A DNA stretch of 64,000 bases from a virus. A program made the position numbers and the translations under genes. The DNA lies in IMG/VR virus record IMGVR_UViG_3300023179_000001, positions 39,922-103,921 of that record; one strand, written 5' to 3'. Position 1 is the first letter of the stretch. Each line of letters begins with the position of its first letter. Shown here piece after piece: positions 46,879 to 57,800 of this stretch. The notes below the pieces were generated by a model, which ran no database searches, was not told the origin of the DNA, and saw only the letters and a program-made list of their open reading frames with translations.

Positions 46879-47128
46879 GCGAGAGTGGATTATCAAGAGA
46901 AAAAGGATGTGTGGCATGAATGGCGAAGAACTAAAATCAACGTATAAAAAAATTATCGTGCTTATGGATCAAGCAAATGATTTAATTGTGAAAATGATTG
47001 AAGAAAACAGATTGCTAAGAGATAGGCTTTTAGAAGCGGAGCATCAGTTGAGGCTCACCAAGGCGCAACAATATGCCAATCAGGAAAACCACAGATCGAC
47101 AGAAAGAGGATTGGATTTTGGCAAATAA
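46853..47128 (+). CDS. Hypothetical coiled-coil protein
   Basis: AGGAGG RBS. Confidence 0.6.
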   Translation: MDMESENLRREWIIKRKRMCGMNGEELKSTYKKIIVLMDQANDLIVKMIEENRLLRDRLLEAEHQLRLTKAQQYANQENHRSTERGLDFGK

Positions 47129-47276
47129 GGACTTTGTTCAAAACAACCACATTGCAGCCGTCTACGAAAAAATGCAAAAAGACGGGTTATACTCTACAAC
47201 CTACTCACTAAAAGATGCCTACATGGGATTAGAGCATCGCATAGAAAGAGCTTTCTCAAAAAAAGAAAAGGAATAA
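47073..47276 (+). CDS. Hypothetical protein
   Basis: Overlaps upstream gene. Confidence 0.5.
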   Translation: MPIRKTTDRQKEDWILANKDFVQNNHIAAVYEKMQKDGLYSTTYSLKDAYMGLEHRIERAFSKKEKE

Positions 47277-47304
47277 CACCAAGAGTTAGTGTTATACTTT
47301 TTCA

Positions 47305-48348
47305 ATGAGGAAAAAACTCTTAGTTTTCGCTCCGCATCCCACAGATGCAACCTCGTTTTACAGGGCTTATGGCCCTCTCTCTGTTCTCACGAGACAATAT
47401 GATTTTGAGATGCAGGTTGGCGGCGAGGTCAACTGGAGCGTGTTATGCTTTGTTGATGCCCTTTTTCTTCAACGCCCTTGGAATGCCACTCATCTAAATA
47501 TTATTAAAATGGCCAAATCCAATAACAAAAAAGTTTGGGTTGATTACGACGATGATTTGTTCGCAGTGCCTTTTGAAAACAGGGCCTATCCACTCTATTC
47601 TCAAAAATCTGTCAGAGACATAGTGGTTTCCATGCTTGGTATTGCGGATTTTGTTACCGTTTCTACAAAAGCCTTAAAAGAAAGAATGGTTCAAGTTTTG
47701 CTCGCTGCTTTCGGGGAAAATGCAAATACAGACAAAGTGAAAGTAGTACCCAACGCCTACAACGAAATGTTTGCGAAAGACAGGCGTGAAGTAAAAGCCC
47801 AGTCTAAACAACTTCTGTGGCGTGGTAGCAACACTCACGACAAAGATTTGATGCTCTACACTTCTGCTTTAAAAGAAACCTACAAAAAGCACATGGAAGA
47901 ATGGGAAATAAATTTTATTGGACAACCATTCTGGTACACCGTTGAAGTGATGACCTCTATTCCAAATCTTCCACAGAAGAGGCTGTTTTTAACTAAAGCC
48001 CTAGATCATGCTGATTACTGGAGATACCTAAACAGGTTAAATCCTGCTTTAGTGTTTGTGCCTCTGTGGGATTGTGCTTTTAACAAATCCAAATCCAATA
48101 TTGCATGGATTGAAGGACTTCACGGTGGTGCTGCTTGTCTCGCTCCAGATTGGGAAGAGTGGAGAAGACCTGGGATTATCAACTTTAAAAACCAACAAGA
48201 ATTTGCAACAAAACTCGATGCCGTCTTAAAAGGTGAGGTAGACACTCTGAAGCTTTACCACGAAGGATGGGAGTACGTTCAAGATGTACTGACACTAAAG
48301 AAAGTAAATGAAAAGCGAATGGAAATCCTACAGCAAATGTGGGACTAG
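47305..48348 (+). CDS. Glycosyltransferase (GT-B/GT4-like)
   Basis: FYR, LQRP, DYDDDL, AD.VTVST..L, VPNA, WRGS.TH..DL, PL....FN.SKSNI..IE. Confidence 0.78.
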   Translation: MRKKLLVFAPHPTDATSFYRAYGPLSVLTRQYDFEMQVGGEVNWSVLCFVDALFLQRPWNATHLNIIKMAKSNNKKVWVDYDDDLFAVPFENRAYPLYSQKSVRDIVVSMLGIADFVTVSTKALKERMVQVLLAAFGENANTDKVKVVPNAYNEMFAKDRREVKAQSKQLLWRGSNTHDKDLMLYTSALKETYKKHMEEWEINFIGQPFWYTVEVMTSIPNLPQKRLFLTKALDHADYWRYLNRLNPALVFVPLWDCAFNKSKSNIAWIEGLHGGAACLAPDWEEWRRPGIINFKNQQEFATKLDAVLKGEVDTLKLYHEGWEYVQDVLTLKKVNEKRMEILQQMWD

Positions 48349-49154
48349 AGTTTTCTCTTAATAATTCTCTCAAAAGCAGTTTCAAACTCTTTATCTGGAT
48401 CGGGCTTTTCTTCCCAGTTGATGTCTAGCCCTTGCCAAAAATCTTCTGATTTTAGCTGAGTGGGATTTGGGAAAACTGGAATCGGTAGAGCAATGTGATC
48501 ACCCTTCTCAACTACTCCACAGTTTTTAATAACAATCGCATCTTTGGGTTGAGTCCCTGGCCGCACCCATGTGGTCTTTAAACCGTACATGGTTTGCACT
48601 TGGATTTCTCCCCCTTTGAGCATCGTTTCTAGTGGTACTTTTTCTTCTGTAAAAACATTCATGCCTTCCATTTTAAATCTAGGACTTGGTTGGGGGACGA
48701 TGAAAACGATCATGTCTCCATAGACATCGCCCATTTTCATTCCCTTTTTCTCAAACTTCATTTCTATGCCTCTCTGAGTGCCTGGAGGGATTTCTATAAA
48801 AACAGACACAATATCCTCTTGCTCTTTCTTTAGAGCCTCTCCAAAGCCGTTTAATTCGATTTGGTTGTAGGCTATAGAATAGGACTTGCCGAAGAAACAA
48901 TCCTCAAACCTAATGTGCTGAGTTATGTTGATGTGAAGCCCTTGGCGCTTATCTTTTCGATACGCTGCTTCACGGTAGCTTGGATCGGTGAGCATTTTAA
49001 ATGCGTTCATCACCTCAACAAACTTTTCTTGATCCCCACCTTTGTCTGGATGATGCTCGTTACATTTAATGCGCCACGCCTTTTTCAACTCTTCTGCGGA
49101 GTAGTTTCTCCCAGGCTCAAGTCCTAAGATTTTTAAATATTCATTTAAGTTCAC
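48345..49154 (-). CDS. dnaJ: DnaJ/CbpA-like co-chaperone (J domain plus C-terminal domain, no zinc finger)
   Basis: Y..ILGL, HHPDKGG, F.EV..A...L.DP, IPPG, GD, PGTQ. Confidence 0.88.
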   Translation of the reverse strand: MNLNEYLKILGLEPGRNYSAEELKKAWRIKCNEHHPDKGGDQEKFVEVMNAFKMLTDPSYREAAYRKDKRQGLHINITQHIRFEDCFFGKSYSIAYNQIELNGFGEALKKEQEDIVSVFIEIPPGTQRGIEMKFEKKGMKMGDVYGDMIVFIVPQPSPRFKMEGMNVFTEEKVPLETMLKGGEIQVQTMYGLKTTWVRPGTQPKDAIVIKNCGVVEKGDHIALPIPVFPNPTQLKSEDFWQGLDINWEEKPDPDKEFETAFERIIKRKL

Positions 49155-49171
49155 TTAAATTTCTCCGATAA
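49145..49171 (+). promoter_or_regulatory. Sigma-28-type promoter upstream of endolysin
   Basis: TTAAG-N14-TCCGATAA. Confidence 0.55.
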
Positions 49172-49229
49172 TAAATATGTAGTAGCGACTGCACTTATAA
49201 TCTAAATCTAATTTCAGGCACAATTAAAT

Positions 49230-49961
49230 ATGTCTAAAGATAAAGATCATCGGCCATCCGAGTCTGAACCTGGACACCTATTTATGTGGCATCCACAGGC
49301 GATTATTTCTCCTGATCGTATGCAGACCAGAGGAATATATGCCAATGGATACCCAGAAGGTGCTGTAATCCATTATACTGCTGGCCCGTATAAAAATGGG
49401 GTCAAAGATGCGTTAGATTGCATCAAAGAAGGAATTGCGAATGAATATACCTATCTATGCATCGCATCAGATGGAACCATTGTTCAAGCGCACCCATTGA
49501 ATGAGTGGGGATACCACGCTGGCAAATCCTACTGGGCAGGACTTGGAAGCTCACTTTCATCTAAACTCATTGGTATTGAAATCTGTTCTGCTGGAAAAGT
49601 AGAACTAGAGAACAGTGTTTGCAAATCTTGGTGGGGAGAAGTCATACCCAATGATCAGGTTAGGTTTGTAGATGAAACTCATGGATGTGAAAAGGGTTTT
49701 TACCATGCCTTCACCCTAGAGCAAGAAAGATCCCTCTGGGCACTACTCGTTTGGCTCTATGAAAATGATCCACAAAGAAGATTCAGATTTGAAAATGTAT
49801 TGGGACATCACGAGATTGCTGGCACTACGACTACCACAAAGACCAGAAGGAAATTTGATCCAGGTGGATCGCTATCACTTTCTATGGAAATGTTTAGAAA
49901 TGGGCTTCTATTCCATTCAGAAGAAAACCTTGCAGATGGGTTTAACGGCTACGAGAATTAG
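49230..49961 (+). CDS. N-acetylmuramoyl-L-alanine amidase (Amidase_2), endolysin
   Basis: VIHYTAG, I..DG.I.Q, YHAG.S, IGIEI, FT.EQ, LGHHEI, K.DPG. Confidence 0.88.
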   Translation: MSKDKDHRPSESEPGHLFMWHPQAIISPDRMQTRGIYANGYPEGAVIHYTAGPYKNGVKDALDCIKEGIANEYTYLCIASDGTIVQAHPLNEWGYHAGKSYWAGLGSSLSSKLIGIEICSAGKVELENSVCKSWWGEVIPNDQVRFVDETHGCEKGFYHAFTLEQERSLWALLVWLYENDPQRRFRFENVLGHHEIAGTTTTTKTRRKFDPGGSLSLSMEMFRNGLLFHSEENLADGFNGYEN

Positions 49962-50358
49962 GTTTTTCAACCTTCTGCAATCTATTAAAGACCTGCTTAA
50001 TCTTTTCAAATTCACACTTGGAGTTTTCATTACAAAGCTGCTGGATTGCTATTTTCATTCTGGTGAAATCTTCTGAGGATGTGCATAATGATGGGCCTTT
50101 GGCCTCATTGATTGGGGTTTTTGGATCATCCACTTGAGCTTCAAGGAATCTTATAAACTCCTTATTATTCATGTTCCTATTTCTATCTGAAACTGCATTT
50201 TGGCAAATAGCTCCATAAATGCCTGTGGAAGCGCACCACTCAATATCTGGAATCACAACCTTGGTGGAACACCCATTAAGGCAAAGAATACCGAACCAAG
50301 AAAGCCATCCTACGCTTTGCAAGATCGAGTGCTTTTTGTTTTTCTTCTTCACTGGCAT
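49942..50358 (-). CDS. Lipoprotein, o-spanin candidate
   Basis: Lipobox LNGC, Cys-rich; overlaps the 3' end of 50276-50614 out of frame. Confidence 0.5.
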   Translation of the reverse strand: MPVKKKNKKHSILQSVGWLSWFGILCLNGCSTKVVIPDIEWCASTGIYGAICQNAVSDRNRNMNNKEFIRFLEAQVDDPKTPINEAKGPSLCTSSEDFTRMKIAIQQLCNENSKCEFEKIKQVFNRLQKVEKPNSRSR

Positions 50359-50614
50359 TTTCCTGTTCTAGTTTTTTTAAATTTTCTAATTCTTTATCAA
50401 AGGCTTTTTGATTGGTTTCACTGATGAATTCAAACTTGTAAAAAGTAATTAGTTCTTTTTGATAATCGTAAAACATCTTAGCAAATCTGGTGATTAGTTC
50501 TGTAGTTAAAATCCCTAGCGGCCCGAATCCGAGAATAGGAACCGCTAGGAATAAACGTCTAATCACTTCTTTGACGATGACATCAAAGACTAGAGATTTG
50601 AATATATCTTCCAC
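50276..50614 (-). CDS. Membrane/coiled-coil protein, i-spanin candidate
   Basis: Hydrophobic segment then coiled coil; overlapping lipoprotein gene. Confidence 0.4.
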   Translation of the reverse strand: MEDIFKSLVFDVIVKEVIRRLFLAVPILGFGPLGILTTELITRFAKMFYDYQKELITFYKFEFISETNQKAFDKELENLKKLEQENASEEEKQKALDLAKRRMAFLVRYSLP

Positions 50615-51063
50615 TATTTCTTAGCTTTTTTCTTAGGCTTCACTGCTTGAAGTGCAGGAGCAGGTGCAGGCTGTGGCATCAACTCTTTGTAAAGAGAGTG
50701 CAAGAACACCTGAATTGCTGCAAGAGTTGATGAGTGAGCCAAGGCAGAGCCCCAGCTAATTCCTTCTGCTCTTAATGCAGCAACACCACCCACTAGAGAC
50801 AAAAAGCTGACTGCGAGTAGTCGCCATTTACCAGTTTTTTCACCAATGATTTTCACAACTGCTGGTGTTCTTAGTAGAAGCATTACAGCTTGTACTGCGA
50901 CACCAACCACTGCGAGAAGTCCCAGTTCGCCTTTAGTTAGATCAACAATGATTTTTCCCCATTCTTCTGGAGTAGGAGGAAGCACATCTGCCACTTCCGC
51001 TAGGGCAACAACCGAAGTCCCAAGCAATAGAGTTAGAAATAGTTTAGTTTTAGTCATTATCAT
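50614..51063 (-). CDS. Multi-pass membrane protein, holin candidate
   Basis: Signal-like N-terminus, three hydrophobic segments, basic C-terminal tail. Confidence 0.5.
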   Translation of the reverse strand: MIMTKTKLFLTLLLGTSVVALAEVADVLPPTPEEWGKIIVDLTKGELGLLAVVGVAVQAVMLLLRTPAVVKIIGEKTGKWRLLAVSFLSLVGGVAALRAEGISWGSALAHSSTLAAIQVFLHSLYKELMPQPAPAPALQAVKPKKKAKK

Positions 51064-51067
51064 CCCC

Positions 51068-51322
51068 CTAAGTTTTATCCTGTTTTTGATCTAGTTTATC
51101 CATGATCTTGGAGAACATCTCCTTGATCTCTCTTGAAAGCTCTTTGAAATCATCTCGCCTCGCATAGATTTCGGGCAAGTTCTGTTCAATCTCTTTCAAA
51201 TCTTTACTCAAGTTTTTTTGAGCGTCCCACAGAGCGTGAACAACCCATCCTGAAACTGTCCCTGCAATAGCAAAGGCCAAGTTTAAAAAGAATTGCATCT
51301 CTGAATTCACTAATGCACCCAT
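51068..51322 (-). CDS. Single-TM coiled-coil protein (holin/antiholin-like)
   Basis: TM segment then LP..Y.RRDDF......I.DKLD.K.DK, a common phage lysis-region family. Confidence 0.6.
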   Translation of the reverse strand: MGALVNSEMQFFLNLAFAIAGTVSGWVVHALWDAQKNLSKDLKEIEQNLPEIYARRDDFKELSREIKEMFSKIMDKLDQKQDKT

Positions 51323-51361
51323 TGTCTCACCTATTTATAAGTTTTTACTAAACCCAGTGCG

Positions 51362-52090
51362 TTATTTCCTTTTTTCTTGGGGTTTGCCTGCTGCAAGCCA
51401 AGTTTTAAAATCCCCATCCCAAACTTTTAAAATTGCATGAGCCCATTTGTATAAAACATAATCCTTATCGTGATGAAGTCTTAGATGATCAGATTCGGTG
51501 TACTCTGGCAGAAAAACCCATTCTTTGCCTCTGAGCTTATCAAACATTTCCATCTCTAAAAGCCCATAAAATGCTCTAGGTTCTGTTAATCCCACTTCAT
51601 CTAGCCATGGGATATACCAAGCACAAACCGAGTTAACTACGGCCCTTTTAGTGCGCCATAAAGTGATATTATCAACAACTCTCTCTTCGTAGCCTCTTGC
51701 TTTTAATTCAACAAGACTTCGTGGATTCCCTAACGTACTCCATACAACGGTAGGATTTATAACTTTCGTTAGCGCAGTGTCCCATCCAATCCTATTGGGA
51801 AAGCTATCTGGATCGTATCCAATAACGATTTCTGAGCCTTTGGCCTTGGACAATAAATAATTTACTCCGTTGTGAAGTCCTAGGTTTTTTCCTGCGTCAA
51901 AAAGCTCTGCCCCGTAGTCTTTGCAGATGGCTTTTAGGTTGTCCCTATTTTCTTTTTCATTTAAAGGGTAATGTTGATCTAATACCAAGTGCTTCCATTC
52001 TGCTGTTTTCGTTGCATAAAGCTGCTTAAATGATTCAGAAATAATTCTCCAATTCATAAAGCCTAGGGTGACCACGCAAATTTTACTCAT
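51362..52090 (-). CDS. Glycosyltransferase family 2-like
   Basis: VLDQ, KNLG...G.N, DxD motif YDPD; start MSKIC behind GGAGG. Confidence 0.65.
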   Translation of the reverse strand: MSKICVVTLGFMNWRIISESFKQLYATKTAEWKHLVLDQHYPLNEKENRDNLKAICKDYGAELFDAGKNLGLHNGVNYLLSKAKGSEIVIGYDPDSFPNRIGWDTALTKVINPTVVWSTLGNPRSLVELKARGYEERVVDNITLWRTKRAVVNSVCAWYIPWLDEVGLTEPRAFYGLLEMEMFDKLRGKEWVFLPEYTESDHLRLHHDKDYVLYKWAHAILKVWDGDFKTWLAAGKPQEKRK

Positions 52091-52144
52091 GTTTGTTTCC
52101 TCCAATTACGATATTCTTACATGAGAAACCAGAATAGGATACCT

Positions 52145-52753
52145 ATGGCATTTTTAACTAGAGAAGAATTGTTTTTAGTTGGTTTTAAAAGAATGGGCTC
52201 GAAAGTCCTCATCGACAGAAGCGTTATTGTCATGGGGGCAGAAGAAATCGAGATTGGTGATAATGTCAGAATTGATGCTGGTTGTATCATCATGTGCCTC
52301 AAAGGTTATTTAAAGTTAGGTCACAACATCCACATTGCAGCAGGTGTCACTCTTTCCTGTGCAGGTGGAATCTCCATTGGCGACAACTGCACTATCAGTT
52401 TTAAATCCACACTCATTTCATCCTCGGATGATTTCAGTGGTGATTATCTCATTGGCCCTCAAAATCCTCGTGATCTTATCAATGTCACTCATGCTCCAAT
52501 CAAAATGAAAAATCACTCTCATGTTACCGCCCATTGTCTTGTGATGCCTGGCACTACTTTTGGACAAGGGGCCGTTTTGGGTGCTATGAGCCAAACTAGA
52601 ACTAATCAGAAAATCTCCCCTTGGACATTCGCTTGGGGTAATCCAGCAGAAGAAAAAAAGAAACGCAAGCGAGGCGTATTAAAGCTGATTGATACATCGG
52701 TATCTTCTGGCCCAGAAAGTAGCGAACCAGAAGAAGATGAAGAATCTATTTAG
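52145..52753 (+). CDS. vioB: Left-handed beta-helix sugar N-acyltransferase, VioB-like
   Basis: MAFL..EEL...GFK.MG..V.I, I.IGDNVRID, HIA, SSSDDFSG.YL..P, GA.S, GNPA; matches my recollection of the E. coli O7 VioB pattern. Confidence 0.7.
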   Translation: MAFLTREELFLVGFKRMGSKVLIDRSVIVMGAEEIEIGDNVRIDAGCIIMCLKGYLKLGHNIHIAAGVTLSCAGGISIGDNCTISFKSTLISSSDDFSGDYLIGPQNPRDLINVTHAPIKMKNHSHVTAHCLVMPGTTFGQGAVLGAMSQTRTNQKISPWTFAWGNPAEEKKKRKRGVLKLIDTSVSSGPESSEPEEDEESI

Positions 52754-53789
52754 TTCTAAGAGCGCATTTTACAGCATCAACAACTTGCATAGCCTCAGAC
52801 ATAGAAACATCACTCGGTAAAGCAATACAATCTCTCATCGACTCATCGCTAAAACCAACTCTATCAATATGAGCTAATCCTGGCATTGATGATAAAAGTG
52901 GATAATAACTTTTAGCCTGAATTCCCATTTTCAAAAGCTTCTGCTCAAGTCCTCTGGACTTTGGGAGTTTTATCACGCAAAGACTTGTGTGCTTTACCCC
53001 ATCTGGTGTGGTCGCATTTAGTTCATTCTCATAAAAATCAACAGTGGCATTTTTGTTTTCAATTCTTTCAAATACCCTGTCCAAATTTCTTTTCTCAAGC
53101 ATTTGAAGAATAAGGGCGCACTTTAGTTCATCAACTTTAAGATTTCCCCCAGTATCATCAAGAATACTTCTATCTTCTGGGTTGGTGTAAAAGTTGATAA
53201 TTTGTTGTGCCCGTTTCCACATTTTTAAATCAGGCAATACGACACAGCCGCCTTCTCCTACTGAGAAGTTTTTAGTGGCATGAAACGAATAACATCTTGG
53301 ATTGATGGTGTCTGGGAATCTCCCAAAGCTACCTGCGAAATCATAGACCAAGGGTTTTTTTAGTTCCACTGAAAGAGTCTCAAACTCCATCACATCAACA
53401 TCGTAACCAAAAGGAGATACGACAATCGCCATATCCCACTCTGTCCAATGCTTTTTTAATTCTTTGATTGAAATAACCCAGTTTTTATCAACTGGAAAAA
53501 GAACAGGAATTGCTTGTGCTGCGATTACAGCAAGTAAAGTACCTGAGTGAGTGTAATCTGGTAGAGCTACTCTTTTCCCTTTGGCGTTCATGGTTGAGAG
53601 TGCTGCGTGAATAGCCGTAGTGCCAGAAGTGGTGGGTAGAGCTTCGCCCTTCATTAGAACTGACAATTTTTCTACTGAATCGTAGAAAAGCTTTCCAAAG
53701 TTGGAGTAAACATTGTGTTCGTGACAAACAGAAAACAATTTTTCTACTTCAGAAAGACTTGGAAAGTATGGTCTTAATAATGGAATCAT
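52746..53789 (-). CDS. vioA: DegT/DnrJ PLP-dependent sugar aminotransferase, VioA-like
   Basis: YSNFG, SGTTA, VYDFA.SFG, SFHATK (PLP Lys), GEGG, G.N.K, LP; start MIPLLRP overlaps the stop of the upstream fibre gene (TAATG). Confidence 0.75.
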   Translation of the reverse strand: MIPLLRPYFPSLSEVEKLFSVCHEHNVYSNFGKLFYDSVEKLSVLMKGEALPTTSGTTAIHAALSTMNAKGKRVALPDYTHSGTLLAVIAAQAIPVLFPVDKNWVISIKELKKHWTEWDMAIVVSPFGYDVDVMEFETLSVELKKPLVYDFAGSFGRFPDTINPRCYSFHATKNFSVGEGGCVVLPDLKMWKRAQQIINFYTNPEDRSILDDTGGNLKVDELKCALILQMLEKRNLDRVFERIENKNATVDFYENELNATTPDGVKHTSLCVIKLPKSRGLEQKLLKMGIQAKSYYPLLSSMPGLAHIDRVGFSDESMRDCIALPSDVSMSEAMQVVDAVKCALRTK

Positions 53790-54844
53790 TATAGCTCTGC
53801 TATTAAAGCTGCGTTGTCGATTGTTCCCCAATAAACAGAATTATTACTAAGCGAACCAGATATGCTAAGACTGAGATCCACGGTGCTACTGCCCATGGCA
53901 GACACGGAATGATTTGACCCGCTTACAGAAACATTGGTTCCGTCATATCTATAAAGCTGACCAACGCTACCAGAAAAAATGGGGAGTGATCTCAAGCTAC
54001 AGGCTATACTTAAAGGAGAAACAACCGTAGTTGAACTTGTTGCAGCAAAAAAACATCTGCTCATTGATACTTTTTGATAGTACCTTTGGCACATCGACAA
54101 TTCTTGAGAATAAAGTCTTCTTTCAAATGGTGTTGCATAAGAACCTTCTTCAAGCTGCACTCCAGTAATTTGCCAAGTGGCATTTGTTGATCCGATAATA
54201 GAAGTCGATCCCACGGCTGACACCAAATTTGAAGAAGTCCAAGAGCCAGCCACACCAATATAAGACGATCCTACGCCCAAGCCGAAATTCACTTTGATCC
54301 CAACTCCATTGTCTTTAACCCACGATCCAGTAGTATCCCCAGAAATAGTAATCAACTTTTTTTCCCAAACATTTTCAGAAAAGACCACATAGGCGAAAGG
54401 ATAAGAACGGGTGTCAGAGTTGTTTTCTAAAGAGCCGCCAAAGGTGCCGATTCTATTGCTTCTCACCCAAAAAGATAAAGTTACCGATTTCGCTGTTGAG
54501 TTTCCAAAACCAAAATCAATTACGTTGTATCCTTCAATGCGTTGCTGCACCATGCAGTACTGATTTGCAGACAAACTGTTGTCTTGTATGGTGGTAGTAA
54601 ATTTAATAGATTGATAAAATCCTTCTGGTGCTTCTTCCACCTGTTCTGCGATCATGGTTCCATCAGTACTGTTCCAAGCACGAAATCGGTCTACCACAAA
54701 TACACCACTAGAACCCAAAGTTACTGGAGTGCCAGCGTTTCTTTGATCAATTTCCATAGCACCATTGATAATTCTGTTTCTAAATCCTAATGGCCCATTT
54801 TCCCAAACTTTTACTAATTCATTTTGTACTTTTGTTAGTGCCAT
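53789..54844 (-). CDS. Tail/fibre protein with a carbohydrate-binding-like domain
   Basis: FRNRIING.M.IDQR, DRF, QRIEG, TLSFWV, ITGVQLE.G..ATPFE.R....EL..CQRYY, a widespread phage tail family. Confidence 0.8.
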   Translation of the reverse strand: MALTKVQNELVKVWENGPLGFRNRIINGAMEIDQRNAGTPVTLGSSGVFVVDRFRAWNSTDGTMIAEQVEEAPEGFYQSIKFTTTIQDNSLSANQYCMVQQRIEGYNVIDFGFGNSTAKSVTLSFWVRSNRIGTFGGSLENNSDTRSYPFAYVVFSENVWEKKLITISGDTTGSWVKDNGVGIKVNFGLGVGSSYIGVAGSWTSSNLVSAVGSTSIIGSTNATWQITGVQLEEGSYATPFERRLYSQELSMCQRYYQKVSMSRCFFAATSSTTVVSPLSIACSLRSLPIFSGSVGQLYRYDGTNVSVSGSNHSVSAMGSSTVDLSLSISGSLSNNSVYWGTIDNAALIAEL

Positions 54845-54847
54845 AGT

Positions 54848-57800
54848 TTAGTTTCCAATCCTAACTATTTGTAGTAGATTTGTTCCAGCCTGAGTAGACA
54901 AATCCCTAGACGATCCTTCGTTGTGCTGTGCGTGAATATAGAAAGTTTCTCCAGCCAACATTTGTAATAAAATAGTTCCACCAACGCCCAAAGCATTAGT
55001 GTATCCCACAGATGGCACAAACACTGGTGGATAATAGGCATCCGAACCTTTAACTACTCTTAGAGATTTGGCCGAAACAGACCAAGCTGCGGAAGAGAAA
55101 AAAACATTGCAGCTTACTTGATATTTTCCGCTCACGGGTGCCGTAAAAGTAGTTCCATTCCAAGCGTTATGTGTGTCGAAATTTTTAGTGGCAAACGGCA
55201 CACCGGACAGACCTCCTCCGGCAGGAATGGATGTTCCAGCAGTATTGGTATAAGAGCAAGCCACAGTCTCACTCGCAGCAATCGTTGATGGGCCAGAGAT
55301 TCGTTCAATATTTACTACGTTGTAATAGGTTCCACCAGCGACACCATAAACGGTTCCTGTTTGACCAGAATAAACCTGTAGAGTGTCTCCAGCATTACAA
55401 TTCACAAGACCAGAAAAAGACACCACATTGCTATGAGCAGTTGTCATGTAATGAGTTCTTGTACCGTTTTTAGAAAGCTGGATGTCTGAGGCCACGCTTG
55501 TATAAGCAGATCCAGAAACTTTATAGTATCCAGGTACAGGAGCTTTAAAAACCCAAGAACCTACCCCAGTAGTTACAGCATTGTGAGTATCAAAAAACTT
55601 TCCATCATAGTTTATGCACGAAGCACCTACTGTAACACTTGATGCAACATAATAGCTTGCAGCCACAACTCTAGTATCTGTGTCGCTGGACATTTGGACT
55701 GTGGAAGACCAGCCAGTAATCGGTATTAAAGCTCTAACTGTTACCACATCTCCACTGGCAAATGCCACTGGCATTCCAGATTTAAAAACATCATTTGAGT
55801 TGGCAGAGGAGTGAAATGTTATTTGTGATGAACTTGCTCTGTATGGAGACAAAACGTATCTAATATTTGTAGAATAATCTATAAAGTAACCAGACCCGCC
55901 CAACGCAGAATTCCCGTAAAATTCGGTTCCCTTGTTTCCATCTATCGTAATTCCAGTTAAATCAAGTCTTAATGCTGCCGTGCTTGTAGTAGCAGTCGTA
56001 GACCCAACATTTAACGATGCTTCAATTTCTAAAGAATCTCCGACTCTTCTCGATTTATAAGCTGCGGTGCCATTGCCCAAAGAAGTTAAAGACCCCGACC
56101 ACGCAACCCTCGTTTCAGTGGCCCAATCAGTTACCGGAGCACCATATTGAACTGTTTGTGGGCCCACTACAACATTATCTATTCCTAAAACATAAGCAGA
56201 TGCGCTTGTTGAAGCCACATGGAATATAAGACGATAGCTTGTGCCCGTTGCTGAAGTTTGAAATGTTGCAATGTGTTTGTTTTTAATTCCACTAGCAACA
56301 TTTTGAACTGTATAGCCAGCAGGTTGAATGATTTGAGAATTAGTTACATCGTAAATGTAAGTCGTTACATCGCCATCAGCGTAGGTTCCACTAACTACTT
56401 CATAATCAAAAGTGATGGTTAAAACCTTGGCCTGATCTGCTTTTTCAATGGTGAATGGATAAGAAACGCCCTGTCCTTGAGAATTTGCAGCCGTTTTTGT
56501 TAATCTAAAACTTGCAACGCCCCTTATTGGAGAAGAAGTAGATCGTGTCCATGTCAGTGTCGCAGCACCGCCAGTACCGTCCACGGGCATCGCCACTGCG
56601 CCATCGTTGTAGGTAGACCATCCTGCGGTGTCCACTTCGGCAGATCCGTTGGCAATATATCCAGCAGAAAATTTGTTTGTTACATCGCTTGCAAGTTTCG
56701 CAAAGCTGACCGAGCCATCTGCGAGCTTTTCTCCAGTAACATTTAAATCTTTAATTTTTACTGTGCTTACTGTGTCATCGCCTGGGACATTTATATCTAG
56801 TGGCTCGCCACTCACTACTTCGATGTTTGATTCTCCAACTGGGGGAGCTTCATCGAAGGTAATGGTTGAACCAAAAATTGTGTAACTGTTTTTGGATTGA
56901 TAAACACCAGAAATATAAACTTGGACATTGGCTTCAACTGATGGAATTGTGCTTAGGGTAAATGATTTTGTAACCCCATCGCCTGTGAAAACATCAGTAG
57001 TGAGATTTCCACCTCTAGTATTTCCAGTTGGAACTGCGAATGGCCCTGCGACTCTGGATAGAGAGAAGTTGGCTTTTTGAGTATTATTAAAAGTGGCTCC
57101 AGTGCCCTCTTGCAATACTCTAATGTCTACTGTTTGACCTGCTTTAAGATTTACAGCTTTTACGTTTACAGAAGAAGATGAAGTCAAAGCAATGGTAAAA
57201 GGTGTTGCTGTAAATCGAACATGATAAGCAACAGCCACGTTTGCGGGTCTGGTTTCTGATCCTGTTCGTGGTGTGCCATTGGTGCCATCTGATACTGGAA
57301 CATCTGTTGTTACAGCAGGATAATAGTCGGCTCCCCAGTTTCCACTACCCACTTCGTTACCACCGCCAGAAACTCCATTATAAGTGGGTGCATTGTGCTT
57401 GTGGCCCTGCATCTGATCGCCCTGCTTTGTGCCCAAAGCACCAGTGTATGTAATTCCACCAATCGTTTGAGAGCCAGTGCCTCTTAAAAATACCCCACGC
57501 AAATCTGGAATATTGAAAGTTGTGGTACCATTGCCAGCACCGTAAGTGGTGCCGATCGATGCAAACAAATCTGCATAAGTTGTTCTGCTGACTGCGCTAC
57601 CATCAGCGTACAGACATCCACTTGGAGGAGTAGCACTGCCAGTGGCAATGATTTCACCTACTGGGCCTTGAACACCAGGAGATGCAGAAAACGCTTGGCC
57701 TCTTGCTTTTTCAACACCATCAACGAAAACAGAAGCTACTAATTTTTCCCCAGCAGCATAGGTCGCAGTAGTAGAAACAGTAGCAGTAATGTCGTAAAGA

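Noticed and set aside
53789-54844. Diversity-generating retroelement target in the tail protein C-terminus
   Set aside because: No reverse transcriptase and no template-repeat copy were seen in the window.
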